64,000 bases of DNA. It comes from an uncultured beta proteobacterium. GTDB taxonomy: Bacteria > Pseudomonadota > Gammaproteobacteria > Burkholderiales > SHXO01. Where the stretch lies: positions 2,104 through 66,103 of the forward strand of contig CAVUHQ010000039.1 in the NCBI GenBank assembly GCA_963741215.1, written 5' to 3'. Shown here one piece after another: positions 18,521-28,388 of the stretch. Each line of letters begins with the position of its first letter. Within the stretch, counting starts at the first letter, position 1. The position numbers and the translations under genes are program-made. Under the pieces are notes generated by a model. It did no database searches. It was not told where the DNA came from and worked only from the letters and a program-made list of their open reading frames with translations.

Positions 18521-19726
18521 ATGTATGACGCTATTGTGGTTGGTGCCCGCTGTGCTGGCGCACCGACGGCGATGTTGCTCGGCCGCAAGGGACACAAGGT
18601 GCTGCTGGTCGATCGCTCGACCTTCCCCAGCGACCTCAGGCAGTCCACGCTGCTCATCCACCAGCCGGGGGTTTCGTATCTGGACCAATGGGGCCTGCTG
18701 CAGAAGGTGCGGGCCTCGGGAGCGCCACCCATCACGCGCTGGCTGGTCGACGTGGGGCCGCTGGTGTTCAAGGGCTCGCCGCCACCCGACGCGAAGACTA
18801 CCGAGGGCATCGCTCCTCGGCGTACTGTCCTGGACAAGATCCTGCTCGATGGCGCCGTCGACGCCAAGGTTGAGGTGCGCGAGGCGTTTACCGTCGAGGA
18901 GATCCTCGTCGAGGGCGGGAACGTAACCGGAATACGCGGCAAGGACCGCTCCGGGAAAGCGGTCACCGACAAGGCCCGCATTGTCATCGGCGCGGAGGGC
19001 AGCAACTCGATGGTGGCGAAGGCGGTGAAGGCGGCCGAATACAACCAGCGAGAGTCGAAAATCTGCACCTTCTACACCTACTGGAGCGGCGTAAAACTCG
19101 CGGAGGGCTTCCAGCTCGAGTTCTACCCGCGCGTATATCGAGGCATTTACGCCTGGCCGACCAACGACGGGCAGTTACTCATCGGTGCCAACTGGAAGGT
19201 CCCCGAGTTCGAAGAGGTACGCAAGGACCCTGAAGGCAACTACATGAAGGTGCTGGACGAGTGCGCACCGGACCTCGGCAGACGCGTGCGGGCCGGCAAG
19301 CGGATGGACGATTTCGTGGGCGGTTACGCACGCAACCTGTTCCGCAAGCCTTACGGAGAGGGCTGGGCGCTGGCGGGTGATGCGGGAGCCAGCTACGAGT
19401 TCACCTCCGCGCACGGGATCACCAACGCCTTCCGCCAGGCGGCACAACTCGCCGAGGCAGTGGGCGAAGGGCTCGCAGGCGCGCGGCCGATGGCAGATGC
19501 GCTCTCCGAGTTCGAGAAACGGCGCAACGAGTTGGAGGGCGCGTTCTACGACTTCACCTATCAGCAGGCTACGCTCGAGCCGCCACCGCCCGAGGCGCTT
19601 CAGCTGTTCGGCGCGATCCACAAGAGTCAGGAAGCGACCGACGCCTTCCTCGGATTGTTTGCGCAGACCACCAACCCGGCCGAGTTCTTCTCGCCGGCCA
19701 ACCTGGGAAAGCTGATGGCGGCATAG
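18521..19726 (+). CDS. FAD-dependent oxidoreductase / monooxygenase family protein
   Basis: MYDAIVVGARCAGAPTAMLLGRKGHKVLLVDR is a Rossmann GxGxxG dinucleotide-binding N-terminus. I chose an internal start within ORF 18116..19726. Confidence 0.75.
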   Translation: MYDAIVVGARCAGAPTAMLLGRKGHKVLLVDRSTFPSDLRQSTLLIHQPGVSYLDQWGLLQKVRASGAPPITRWLVDVGPLVFKGSPPPDAKTTEGIAPRRTVLDKILLDGAVDAKVEVREAFTVEEILVEGGNVTGIRGKDRSGKAVTDKARIVIGAEGSNSMVAKAVKAAEYNQRESKICTFYTYWSGVKLAEGFQLEFYPRVYRGIYAWPTNDGQLLIGANWKVPEFEEVRKDPEGNYMKVLDECAPDLGRRVRAGKRMDDFVGGYARNLFRKPYGEGWALAGDAGASYEFTSAHGITNAFRQAAQLAEAVGEGLAGARPMADALSEFEKRRNELEGAFYDFTYQQATLEPPPPEALQLFGAIHKSQEATDAFLGLFAQTTNPAEFFSPANLGKLMAA

Positions 19727-19768
19727 CACGTGACCGGGAGGCCTGCTTCAAGGACGGGCCGCACCCAG

Positions 19769-19795
19769 AAAAAAACGAGGGCCAGGTGGCCCTCG
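19769..19795 (-). terminator. rho-independent terminator candidate for 19817..20272
   Basis: On the minus strand CGAGGGCC-ACCT-GGCCCTCG is followed by TTTTTTT. It lies between convergent genes. Confidence 0.6.
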
Positions 19796-19816
19796 GAAGA
19801 CAGTCAGAGGAGAAGG

Positions 19817-20272
19817 CTACTGCAGAGTAGTAGCGGGGCGTGGAGTGCGCGCGATCTTGGACTTCGGATTGAGTTCGCACGCGGTGTGCACGACGGCGGC
19901 TTCCAGTGTGCCTTTCTCCGGATGCAGGAAATCCAACTGCACTGCTCGATCAGCCCACACGGTATTGCCCGTACCGTCGGGGCCGTCGGTCAGCACCCAT
20001 TTCTCCAGGGCGTAGGTCCGATCCGCGCACTCGATCGCGTACTGCAGCTTCTGCGACCGGTGCGGGTAGGCGTCGTGTCCCAGTGTGATGGTTTCGGGGA
20101 AACTCTTCGTCACCCATACGTCTACGGAGGCACCGGTGTCGTGCAGAGACGTCCAGTCGACGGCTACGATAGGCACGCCGGACGCTTCCTCATCAGCGGC
20201 GGAAGCCGAGACGGCGGTCAGAATGGCGAAGAGGGGAACCGCCAAAGCCTTGAGCAATATTCGCTTTACCAT
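19817..20272 (-). CDS. small secreted hypothetical protein (possibly surface-adhesin-E-like)
   Basis: MVKRILLKALAVPLFAILTAVSASA signal peptide, with AAGGAG 7 nt upstream of the ATG at 20272. It has two Cys and a W-rich body. The fold guess is weak. Confidence 0.55.
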   Translation of the reverse strand: MVKRILLKALAVPLFAILTAVSASAADEEASGVPIVAVDWTSLHDTGASVDVWVTKSFPETITLGHDAYPHRSQKLQYAIECADRTYALEKWVLTDGPDGTGNTVWADRAVQLDFLHPEKGTLEAAVVHTACELNPKSKIARTPRPATTLQ

Positions 20273-20483
20273 GATAAATCTCCTTAAATCAAAGCACTGG
20301 GCCTGGAACGGGAACCCCCATTGGCCCTCGTGTTGCGTTGCAACAGAGTGTGCTCTCGAAGGAGGAAAGAGAATGCCCACAGACGGAATAGATGCCATGC
20401 CAACGATGCATCAATGCGGGACCTGAAGTGACTCCGGCGTCTGCGCAACACCTTTCAATCACTCACCGACCGAGGACGTGAGC

Positions 20484-21143
20484 ATGCAGCCACCCCAGTT
20501 GTCCGACCTGAGAGAATTCAGCGCCCCCATCCTGTCCGACGTCATGGACAGCCTCGGCCTGAGGCAGCAGGCGATGAAGCCGTTCGTGCGGCCGCTGGAC
20601 GAGCAGTCGGTGCTGGTCGGGCGCGCACGGACCGGGCTCTATATGCCGGTGTACTCGGTACGGCCGGGCGAGAATCCCTACGAGGTGGAGATCGCGCTGG
20701 TGGACGATCTGAAGCCGGGCGACGTGGCGGTGCTCGCCTGCGGTGGGCCGACCGAGCGCATCGCACCCTGGGGTGAGTTGCTGTCGACTGCTTGCGTGGC
20801 GCGCGGCGCCGCCGGCTGCGTGACCGACGGACTGGTGCGCGACGTGCGCCAGATCAAGGCGATGGGATTCGCCGTGTTCCACGGCGGCATCGGACCACTC
20901 GACACCAAGGGACGAGCCCGCATGATGGAGCGCGATATCCCGGTCGAGTGCGCGGGCGTGCATGTGCGCAGCGGCGACTTCGTGCTCGGCGATGCGGACG
21001 GCGTAGTGGTGATCCCGCAGGAGCGCGCGGCCGAGGTGATCGCCAAGGCCAGGGAGAAAGCGCTGGGTGAAGACCACACGCGCGACGAATTGCGCAAGGG
21101 CGCGTTATTGGGCGACGTGTTTCGGAAGTTCGGGGTGCTGTAA
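20484..21143 (+). CDS. RraA-family protein (RraA / HMG-CHA aldolase-like)
   Basis: ...ILSDVMDSLG...GDVAVLACGG...WGELLSTACVARGAAGCVTDGLVRDV...GDADGVVVIP. GAGGA lies 7 nt before the ATG at 20484; the ORF track uses GTG 20478. Confidence 0.8.
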   Translation: MQPPQLSDLREFSAPILSDVMDSLGLRQQAMKPFVRPLDEQSVLVGRARTGLYMPVYSVRPGENPYEVEIALVDDLKPGDVAVLACGGPTERIAPWGELLSTACVARGAAGCVTDGLVRDVRQIKAMGFAVFHGGIGPLDTKGRARMMERDIPVECAGVHVRSGDFVLGDADGVVVIPQERAAEVIAKAREKALGEDHTRDELRKGALLGDVFRKFGVL

Positions 21144-21218
21144 CCGGGCGGCCGCGTCTCGCGTGCTGCTGCAATCTCTCACGCGTGCTTTGGCGGCCAG
21201 CCCAGTTACAAAGCCCGA

Positions 21219-21467
21219 TCAGTACACTTGTTCCCAGGGCGCCGGCCGGAGCAAGGTGCGCCGGGCCATCAGCTGATCGGAAGGGGTGAGGCTCTGCTGC
21301 AGAACGGTCAGCAGGAGATCATCGTCCATCGTCCAGCGCTTTTCCATCGGGATCGCCGGCGCGGACAAGGCGACCGTGATGCCGTGCGACGCCGGGAGCA
21401 AGGCGGCGGGTCGCGGTGCGGCGGCAAGCGCGATGGTGAAGGCGGAAGCCAGCGTGTTCTTGTTCAT
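21219..21467 (-). CDS. small secreted hypothetical protein
   Basis: MNKNTLASAFTIALAAAP... signal-like N-terminus with AGGGGAA upstream. It is divergent from the XRE-type regulator gene. Confidence 0.35.
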   Translation of the reverse strand: MNKNTLASAFTIALAAAPRPAALLPASHGITVALSAPAIPMEKRWTMDDDLLLTVLQQSLTPSDQLMARRTLLRPAPWEQVY

Positions 21468-21612
21468 GGTCTATTCCCCTTTTGTATGTTCGTTTTTTGA
21501 GGCGCTGCGAGCGTTGCTGCTTTCCCCTGTGCCCGTCGCGCTTGATCCCATCTTCATTGCGTTCCACGGACAGGAGAAGCGCCGGCCGGAAAGTGGTTTG
21601 CGGCGCGCCTCC

Positions 21613-21730
21613 CGGTATCGAATACCGCTACCTTCGCCGCGACACCGTATGCGAGCGGGAGGCACCGCCAACCATGCGTTTCCGAAGGGAGTTGCTACTT
21701 GCGCACTCGCGGTATCAAATGACGCTACCG
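21613..21730. promoter_or_regulatory. two copies of a 20-nt motif, CGGTATC-N-AAT-NN-CGCTACC, upstream of the XRE-type regulator
   Basis: 21613..21632 is cggtatcgaataccgctacc and 21710..21729 is cggtatcaaatgacgctacc (17/20 identical). The second contains inverted arms CGGTA...TACCG and ends about 20 nt before the ATG at 21752. Confidence 0.3.
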
Positions 21731-21751
21731 AACGGGGATAGGGAGGGAGAG

Positions 21752-22513
21752 ATGGCCGAGGCTGCAGCGTTCGTGGAGGGGCTCAAGCGCCATCTGAAAG
21801 CGCGGAAGATAACGTATGCGGAAGTGGCAAAGTCCCTGCGCGTCAGCGAAGCCAGCGTCAAGCGGATGTTCTCGAAAGGCAGCTTCACCCTGGACCGGTT
21901 CGAGCAGATCTGCCAGTTCGCCGGCACCAGCATCACACAGCTAGCACGGGAGACGGATAGCGGCAAGGTGCATGTCTCGCAACTCACGCTCGAGCAGGAG
22001 AAGGAGATCATCCGGGACCGCAAGCTGCTGCTGATCGCGTTGTGCGCGTTGAACCAGTTGACGTTGGAGCAGATCGTCGACACCTACAGCGTCTCGAAGA
22101 CCGAGTGCATTCAACTGCTGATAAAGCTCGATCGCATCAAATTTCTCGAGCTGCTGCCAAACAATCAGGTCAAGCTGCTGGTGGCGCGGACCTTCTCGTG
22201 GCTGCCGGAAGGGCCGATTCAGCAGTACTTCAAGGCGCGGGCGCAGAACGAATATTTCCGCTCGCAGTTCGGCGGGCCGGACGAGATTCTGCTGCTGGTC
22301 AGTGGCATGCTCTCGCCCGCCTCCACCCAACTCATGCTGTCCAGGCTCAAGCGCGTGGCCAACGAGTTCTCGGAAATGCACAACGCGGACGCCGGTCTGG
22401 CATTGAGCGGACGGCGGCCCGCGAGCCTGGTTGTTGCGATGCGGCCGTGGGAGCTGGACGAGTTCCGGGAGTTGCGCCGGAGGAAGCCCGCCGAGCGCGG
22501 GGCGCGGCGGTAG
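21752..22513 (+). CDS. XRE/Cro-CI-type helix-turn-helix transcriptional regulator
   Basis: MAEAAAFVEGLKRHLKARKITYAEVAKSLRVSEASVKRMFSKGSFTLDRFEQIC is an HTH_3-like N-terminus. GGGAGGGAGAG lies before the ATG at 21752. Confidence 0.7.
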   Translation: MAEAAAFVEGLKRHLKARKITYAEVAKSLRVSEASVKRMFSKGSFTLDRFEQICQFAGTSITQLARETDSGKVHVSQLTLEQEKEIIRDRKLLLIALCALNQLTLEQIVDTYSVSKTECIQLLIKLDRIKFLELLPNNQVKLLVARTFSWLPEGPIQQYFKARAQNEYFRSQFGGPDEILLLVSGMLSPASTQLMLSRLKRVANEFSEMHNADAGLALSGRRPASLVVAMRPWELDEFRELRRRKPAERGARR

Positions 22514-22596
22514 CCCTCACCCTGCAGCTTGATGTAGAACCCCGCTCGCGCTGATCAGGCTGGACTGCGGTCGGACTGCTCAGAACAGCGTAACGG

Positions 22597-22697
22597 TTCC
22601 CCCCTCTGGAAAAGGCGGGCTTAGGGGGGATTTGTATTGCTGCCGCATCACCGGCGACTGCAAATCCCCCTCCCGTCCCCCTTTTCCAAAGGGGGAA
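22597..22697. repeat. intergenic palindromic repeat element: two inverted units (...GGGGGGATTTG / CAAATCCCCC...CCCCCTTTTCCAAAGGGGG)
   Basis: Arms 22597..22634 and 22661..22697 are near reverse complements. The unit recurs at 27115 and 54754/54842. Confidence 0.8.
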
Positions 22698-22853
22698 GCT
22701 GGGGTGCATGAGCCATTTGGACTATGGCCGGGCGTCCGGGACGCGGAGTCCACACATGAAGTCCTTGATTCAAAATCATTCGCGATGCTGTTTCTTGAGA
22801 GCGTAGGCGCCCTCCTAACCCTCCGAGGGAGAGCGAGGACCCTATTTCTCCTG

Positions 22854-24107
22854 TCAGAGCTTCCCTAGATCCACCTCGAAAGTGCTGCCTCCGCCTGCGC
22901 GCGGGACGTAGCGCACATCGCCGCCATGCCGGCGTGCGATCTGGCGCACCAGCGCCAGCCCCAGACCCACGCCGCCATCGCTTTCCTTGGCACCGGGCGG
23001 TCGGTAGAACGGTTCGAAGATACGTTCGCGCTGGGACTCCTCGACGCCGGGCCCGCGGTCCGCCACCGCTATGCGCGCACCACCCCCGCTGAGCGCCACG
23101 GTCGAGGCTTCGACCGGCGAGCCGCCGGCATAGCGGCGCGCGTTTTCCAGCAGGTTACGGATCAGGCGGCGCAGCATGCGCGGGTCGCCGCGGACCGCCA
23201 CCGTTTCGCCGCTCACCTCGGCACCGGTGCGCGACGCCTCTTCGGCCAGCAGTGCGAGCAGGTCGACTTCTTCGGTGTCGATCAGGTGGTCGAGCGCGTC
23301 CAGGCGGCTCGCGAGCAGCAGCTCGCCGATAAGAGCATCCAGCTCGCCGATGTCTTTGGACAACTGTGCACGCAGTTCAGGGCGCTCCTCGCCGGGGAGG
23401 AGCTCGACCGCCATGCGCATGCGCGTGAGCGGCGAGCGCAGCTCGTGCGAGGCGCCCGCAAGCACCGTCTTCTGCGCGTTCACCAGGCGCTGGATGCGAT
23501 CCGCCGCGTGGTTGAAGCTGCGCGCCAGCTCCGCCACCTCGTCGCAGCCCTCCACCTGGACGCGAGCAGCGAGGTCGCCCGCGCCCAGCGCCTCGACGCG
23601 CACCTGCAGGCGCTCGAGCCGACCGGTGATGCGACGGACCAGGGGGTAGGCACCGATCGCGATAGCCGCCGCAAGGAGCAGCAGCGCACCCAGCCAGCCC
23701 AGGGCGCGGTGGTGCCGATGCCAGCGCGCCAGCACCCAGCGTCCGTCGGGCAGCGACAGCGCGATCATCGGTCCACGCGAGGAGCGTACCCATCCGCTGC
23801 CGGTGCGATCGGCGGGAACAGCCGGCAGAGCGTCTCCTGCATTCGCCAACAGCGTGCCATCGTGCGCGCGTACCGTGATGTCGGCATTGAACTGCTGCGC
23901 CATCCGGCTCCACCTTCGTCCGCCAGTTCCGCCGGCGGACGGTCAGCCGCCGGCAAGACTTCGGCAACCAGCGCTCCCACGCCATCGAGCGACCCGCGGT
24001 CCTGCCCGTCGCCGGGGGTGAGCCACCAGGCGACCGAGACGAGCGCTCCGAACACCAGCAGGATGCCGACGAAGGTGACAGTAGATCTGGAGATACAAAC
24101 GGCGCAT
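22854..24107 (-). pseudogene. sensor histidine kinase (TM - periplasmic - TM - HAMP - HisKA - HATPase_c); N-terminal third frame-broken
   Basis: ORF 22854..23903 carries ...LAARVQVEGCDEVAELARSFN (HAMP), ASHELRSPLT (H box), NLLENARRY, DRGPGV and GGVGLGLALV. The N-terminus MRRLYLQIY... and ...FGALVSVAWWLTPG read in other frames (23765..24055 and up to 24107). The ATG overlaps the RR stop (TGATG). Confidence 0.8.
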
Positions 24108-24803
24108 CAGGCGTCCTGATGCCTGGCGAAGACGTAGCCGGCGCCGCGTACGGTGATGATGCGGCGTGGATGTTTCGGATCGTCCTCGATGGCGGCGCGG
24201 ATGCGCGAGATGTGGACGTCCAGGCTGCGATCGAAGGCCTCGAATTCCTCGCCGCGCAAGTTTGTCCATCAGCGCGTCGCGCGACATCACGCGGCCGGCG
24301 TGGCTCGCCAGCGCCCACAGCAGGTTGAACTGGTAGCTGGTGACCGGCCGCTCCTCGCCGCTCACGCGCACGGCCCGCGCGCCGCGATCGATCTCCAGCC
24401 GCCCGAAGCGCAGGATCTCTTCACGCTTGCCGCTGGCCGGCAAACGCCGGCGCAGGATCGCGCGCAAGCGCGCCAGCAGCTCACGCGGGTTGAACGGCTT
24501 GGGGAGGTAGTCATCGGCGCCGATTTCCAGGCCGACGATGCGGTCTGTTTCGTCGCCGCGCGCGGTGAGCATGAGGATCGGGATGTCGTGCTCGGCGCGG
24601 ACACGGCGGCACACTTCGAAGCCGTCGATGTCGGGCAGCATCACGTCGAGGATCAGCGCGTCGAAGCTGTCCTTCTGGATCAGCCGAAGGCCTTCGCCTC
24701 CTGTCGCGCACGCGGTGATGTGGAGCCCTAAGGGCTCCAGGTACTCGCCGACCATGGCCGCCAGCCCCTGGTCGTCCTCGATCATCAATACGCGCTCGAT
24801 CAT
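24107..24803 (-). pseudogene. OmpR/PhoB-family response regulator; one +1 break near 24262
   Basis: MIERVLMIEDDQGLA...DALILDVMLPDIDGFE...DDYLPKPFNPRELLARL. After ...RDALMDKL the expected RGEEFEAFDRSLDVHISRIRAAIEDDP...VRGAGYVFARHQDA-stop reads one base out of frame. Confidence 0.85.
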
Positions 24804-24869
24804 GGCAAAAGGATACCTTCCCCCGCAAGCGAGGGAAGGAAAATCATGCGCAAAGGAAGCGGCTGCCGA

Positions 24870-25421
24870 TCACCAGCGCCGGAACTGATTGGCCATCTCC
24901 ACCAGCTTACCGCGCTGCTCGGGTGTCAGCACGTCGGCGGCGTCAGCGATCGCGTTCACGAACCGGTCCGACGCCGACTCGGCCAGCTGCATCTCGGACT
25001 GGCGGATCTGCTTCAACGCATCACGGTTCACGGTCGGCTGCGTCAGCGCATCCAGGAACGCCTGGCGATTCTTCATGTGCTGCTCGCGCACCTGCGCCAG
25101 ATCCTTGATGGCATCCTGCACGATGGCCTTGATGCGGGTCTTCTGCTCCGGGGTCGCATCGACTTTCCCGAGCACCCATTCGGTGCCGAAGTCGGCGCGC
25201 GCCGCACGCTCCTCGGGGGTCATTGCGCTCATCCGCTTGTGTCCCCAGCAACCGCGGCCGTGGCCGTCGGGACCGCTCTGCTGCGACCATACGTTGAAGC
25301 TGGTGGCCGCCAGGGTGCCCAGCAGTCCGCCTAAAGCCAGACCGCTGAAAAATCTGCGCCGCCCGCCGCGTCGCTTGCCGGGCTGTTGAACTTCGGGTGT
25401 CTTGGGATCTTGCTCGCTCAT
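24870..25421 (-). CDS. periplasmic CpxP/Spy/ZraP-like (LTxxQ) stress protein with Tat-like signal
   Basis: MSEQDPK...GKRRGGRRRFFSGLALGGLLG, then the repeated LTPEQR / ATPEQK helices. AGGAG lies before the ATG at 25421. It sits directly upstream of the RR-HK pair on the same strand. Confidence 0.7.
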   Translation of the reverse strand: MSEQDPKTPEVQQPGKRRGGRRRFFSGLALGGLLGTLAATSFNVWSQQSGPDGHGRGCWGHKRMSAMTPEERAARADFGTEWVLGKVDATPEQKTRIKAIVQDAIKDLAQVREQHMKNRQAFLDALTQPTVNRDALKQIRQSEMQLAESASDRFVNAIADAADVLTPEQRGKLVEMANQFRRW

Positions 25422-25604
25422 ACCTGACTCCTGTCCTGTTGGTTGCGCCGCGACTGCAGCGCATGGAGCACAGTGTGAGGGCGGCGTTTTGCAGAGGTCT
25501 GTCGGCGATGTAAAGATACGTAACAGAGAGCGGCGCCCTGCCTGGGTCCCGCATCCGTGATAACGTCGCCGCTCCGACCCTACTCCTCCAGATTGGTATC
25601 CCCA

Positions 25605-27104
25605 ATGCGCATCGCCATCGGCGGCTTCCAGCACGAGACCAACACGTTCGCCCCGAGCCAGGCCACGTTCGACGATTTCCTGCGCGGCCGCAGCTGGCCG
25701 CCGCTCGCACGCGGGGACGAGATCTTCGACGCTTCGGCCGGCCTCAACGTCCCGATCGCCGGCTTCATCGAGCGGATGCGCAAAGCCGGGCACGACCTCG
25801 TGCCCACCACCTGGGCCGGAACCAGCCCTTCGGCACACGTGACCCGCGACGCGTTCGAGCGCATCGCAGGAATGATCGTGGACGATCTGGAATCGGCCGG
25901 CGCGCTCGACGCCGTCTACCTGGACTTGCACGGTGCGATGGTAACCGAGCATCTGGAGGACGGGGAAGGCGAACTGCTCGCCCGTGTGCGGAGTGTGGTC
26001 GGCAACGATGTGCCCGTCGTCGCAAGCCTCGACCTGCATGCCAACGTTACGCGCCGTATGGTAGAGCTGGCCGATGCGCTGATCGCTTACCGCACTTATC
26101 CGCACGTCGACATGGCGGAAACGGGAGAGCGCACCGCGCATTTTTTGCTGCGACGCTTCGGGGGCCTGCCACGCCCGCATGTTGCGCTCCGGCGCGTGCC
26201 CTTCCTGATTCCGCTGCAAGCGGCGTGCACGATGCTAGAGCCCACACAATCGATCTATGCGCAATTGAGCAAGATGGAAGGCGGGCACGTTCCCACCCTC
26301 TCGTTCACGCCGGGTTTTCCCGCCGCCGATTTTCCCGAGTGTGGACCGGTGGTGCTCGCTTATGGACAATCGCCCGACGCTGCCGCGCAGACAGCCGACA
26401 AGCTGCGCGCAGCGATCGAAGCACTGGAGGCGGAGTTCGACTTCCCGGTGCATACGCCCGAAGATGGCGTCCGGCGCGCGATCGCGATTGCCGGACGTGC
26501 GACGCGCCCGGTCGTCATCGCCGACACCCAGGACAACCCGGGCGCCGGCGGCAACTCCGACACCACGGGGATGCTGCGCGCGCTGGTCGGCGCCAATGCG
26601 CAGCGAGCGGCGCTCGGCCTGATGGTCGATCCCGAAGCTGCGCTCGCCGCACATGGCGCCGGTCAAGGCGGCACCATCGAGATCGCGCTGGGGGGCAAGT
26701 CCCGCATCCCGGGCGATGCGCCCTTCCGCGGCCGCTTCGTGGTGGAGCGTCTGTCCGAGGGGCGGTTCACTTGCACGGGACCGTTCTATCGCGGCGCGCG
26801 CATGCACCTGGGGCCGTCTGCTTGTCTTAGGATCGGCGGCGTGCGCGTCGTGGTCGCGTCCGACAAGCCGCAGATGGCCGACCAGGAGATGTTCCGCTTC
26901 ATCGGGATCGAACCCACCCAGCAGGCGATTCTGGTCAACAAGAGCTCGGTGCACTTTCGCGCGGACTTCACACCTATCGCCGAAGAAATCCTCGTGTGCA
27001 AGGCGCCCGGCCCGATGCTCGCGGATACGAGCGACTTCCCGTGGAAGAATCTGGCACCCGGCATCCGGTTGAAGCCGCGAGGGTTGGCGTTTGTGCGGGG
27101 TTGA
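25605..27104 (+). CDS. M81-family metallopeptidase (MlrC-like)
   Basis: MRIAIGGFQHETNTFAPS... is the characteristic MlrC N-terminus. About 499 aa with an intact frame. Confidence 0.8.
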   Translation: MRIAIGGFQHETNTFAPSQATFDDFLRGRSWPPLARGDEIFDASAGLNVPIAGFIERMRKAGHDLVPTTWAGTSPSAHVTRDAFERIAGMIVDDLESAGALDAVYLDLHGAMVTEHLEDGEGELLARVRSVVGNDVPVVASLDLHANVTRRMVELADALIAYRTYPHVDMAETGERTAHFLLRRFGGLPRPHVALRRVPFLIPLQAACTMLEPTQSIYAQLSKMEGGHVPTLSFTPGFPAADFPECGPVVLAYGQSPDAAAQTADKLRAAIEALEAEFDFPVHTPEDGVRRAIAIAGRATRPVVIADTQDNPGAGGNSDTTGMLRALVGANAQRAALGLMVDPEAALAAHGAGQGGTIEIALGGKSRIPGDAPFRGRFVVERLSEGRFTCTGPFYRGARMHLGPSACLRIGGVRVVVASDKPQMADQEMFRFIGIEPTQQAILVNKSSVHFRADFTPIAEEILVCKAPGPMLADTSDFPWKNLAPGIRLKPRGLAFVRG

Positions 27105-27114
27105 GGGCCAACGG

Positions 27115-27148
27115 CAAATCCCCCCAGCCCCCCTTTTGCAAAGGGGGG
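27115..27148. repeat. single unit of the CAAATCCCCC...CCCCTTTTGCAAAGGGGGG intergenic repeat
   Basis: Lies 11 nt after the MlrC-like stop and about 20 nt before the next gene's RBS. Confidence 0.75.
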
Positions 27149-27203
27149 TGCCATTTGGAGGAGACGATGACAACTAAATGCAGACGGCGTTCTCGCCGCC
27201 GTA

Positions 27204-28373
27204 TTGCTCGCGCTGATCCTGCAGCCGGCTTTGGCCGCCAAGCAGTACGGCCCGGGCGTCACGGACTCCGAGATCAAGGTCGGGCAGACCATGCCCTACA
27301 GCGGGCCGGTGTCTGCCTGGGCCACGCTGGGTCGGGCCGAGGCGGCTTACTTCAAGATGCTGAACGAGCAAGGCGGAGTGAACGGCCGCAGAATCGATCT
27401 CGTGAGCCTCGACGACGGGTACAGTCCGCCGCGGACGGTGGAGCAGACGCGCCGGCTGGTCGAGCAGGACGAGGTGCTGGCGATCTTCAGCCCGTTCGGC
27501 ACACCGACCAACACCTCGATCCAGAAATACCTCAACGCCAAGAAAGTACCGCACCTGTTCCTGGCCGCCATCGGCACCAAGTGGGCCGACCCTCAGCGCT
27601 TTCCCTGGAGCATCGCGCTGTGGCAGGACCAATACACGGAAACCGCCGTGCACGCCAAATGGCTGCTGAACAGCCACCCGAATGCGAAGATCGCCGTGCT
27701 GTATCAGAACGACGATTTCGGCAAGGACTATCTCAAGGGCTTGAAGGACGGGCTCGGCCAGAAGGCGGCCGCCATGATCGTGGCCGAGGCCTCCTACGAA
27801 GTCACCGATCCGACCATCGACTCGCAGATCATCGCGCTGCAGGGCTCGGGGGCCGACACGCTGGTCTCGTTTGCGTCGCCCAAGTTCGCCGCGCTGTCGA
27901 TCCGCAAGGTCTACGACATCGGCTGGAAGCCGGTCCACATCGTCGCGCAGCCGGGCACGTCGGTGGGATCGGTGTTGCGGCCCGCCGGCCTGGAAAAATC
28001 CGCAGGACTGGTCGCCGCCTCATTTCTGAAGGACCCGACCGATCCCCAGTGGCGCGACGATCCTGCCATGAAAGCATGGCTCACCTGGATGCAGAAATAC
28101 TATCCGGAAGGCGATGTCACCGATTGGTTCAACGTGTACGGGTACACCGTCGCGCAGGCACTGGTTCATGTCTTGAAGCAGTGCGGCGACAATCTGACCC
28201 GCGAGAACGTCATGCGCCAGGCCACGAGCTTGAAGGATCTGGAGCTGCCGCTGCTGCTGCCGGGAATCCGGATCAACACATCTGCAACCGAATACCACAC
28301 CATCAAGCAGCTACGGCTGCAGCGCTTCGACGGCAAGCAGTGGGTGCGGCTCGGAGAGGTGGGTGCGCAGTAG
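27204..28373 (+). CDS. periplasmic substrate-binding protein, LivK/LivJ type (paralog of 2009..3259); 5' end probably frame-broken
   Basis: ...LALILQPALAAKQYGPGVTDSEIKVGQTMPYSGPVSA. A good GGAGGAG-ATG at 27167 is one base out of frame. Removing one base near 27180 gives MTTK.DGVLAAVLLALILQPALA, a full signal peptide. Confidence 0.8.
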   Translation: MLALILQPALAAKQYGPGVTDSEIKVGQTMPYSGPVSAWATLGRAEAAYFKMLNEQGGVNGRRIDLVSLDDGYSPPRTVEQTRRLVEQDEVLAIFSPFGTPTNTSIQKYLNAKKVPHLFLAAIGTKWADPQRFPWSIALWQDQYTETAVHAKWLLNSHPNAKIAVLYQNDDFGKDYLKGLKDGLGQKAAAMIVAEASYEVTDPTIDSQIIALQGSGADTLVSFASPKFAALSIRKVYDIGWKPVHIVAQPGTSVGSVLRPAGLEKSAGLVAASFLKDPTDPQWRDDPAMKAWLTWMQKYYPEGDVTDWFNVYGYTVAQALVHVLKQCGDNLTRENVMRQATSLKDLELPLLLPGIRINTSATEYHTIKQLRLQRFDGKQWVRLGEVGAQ

Positions 28374-28388
28374 CCGACCTCACTCCTG

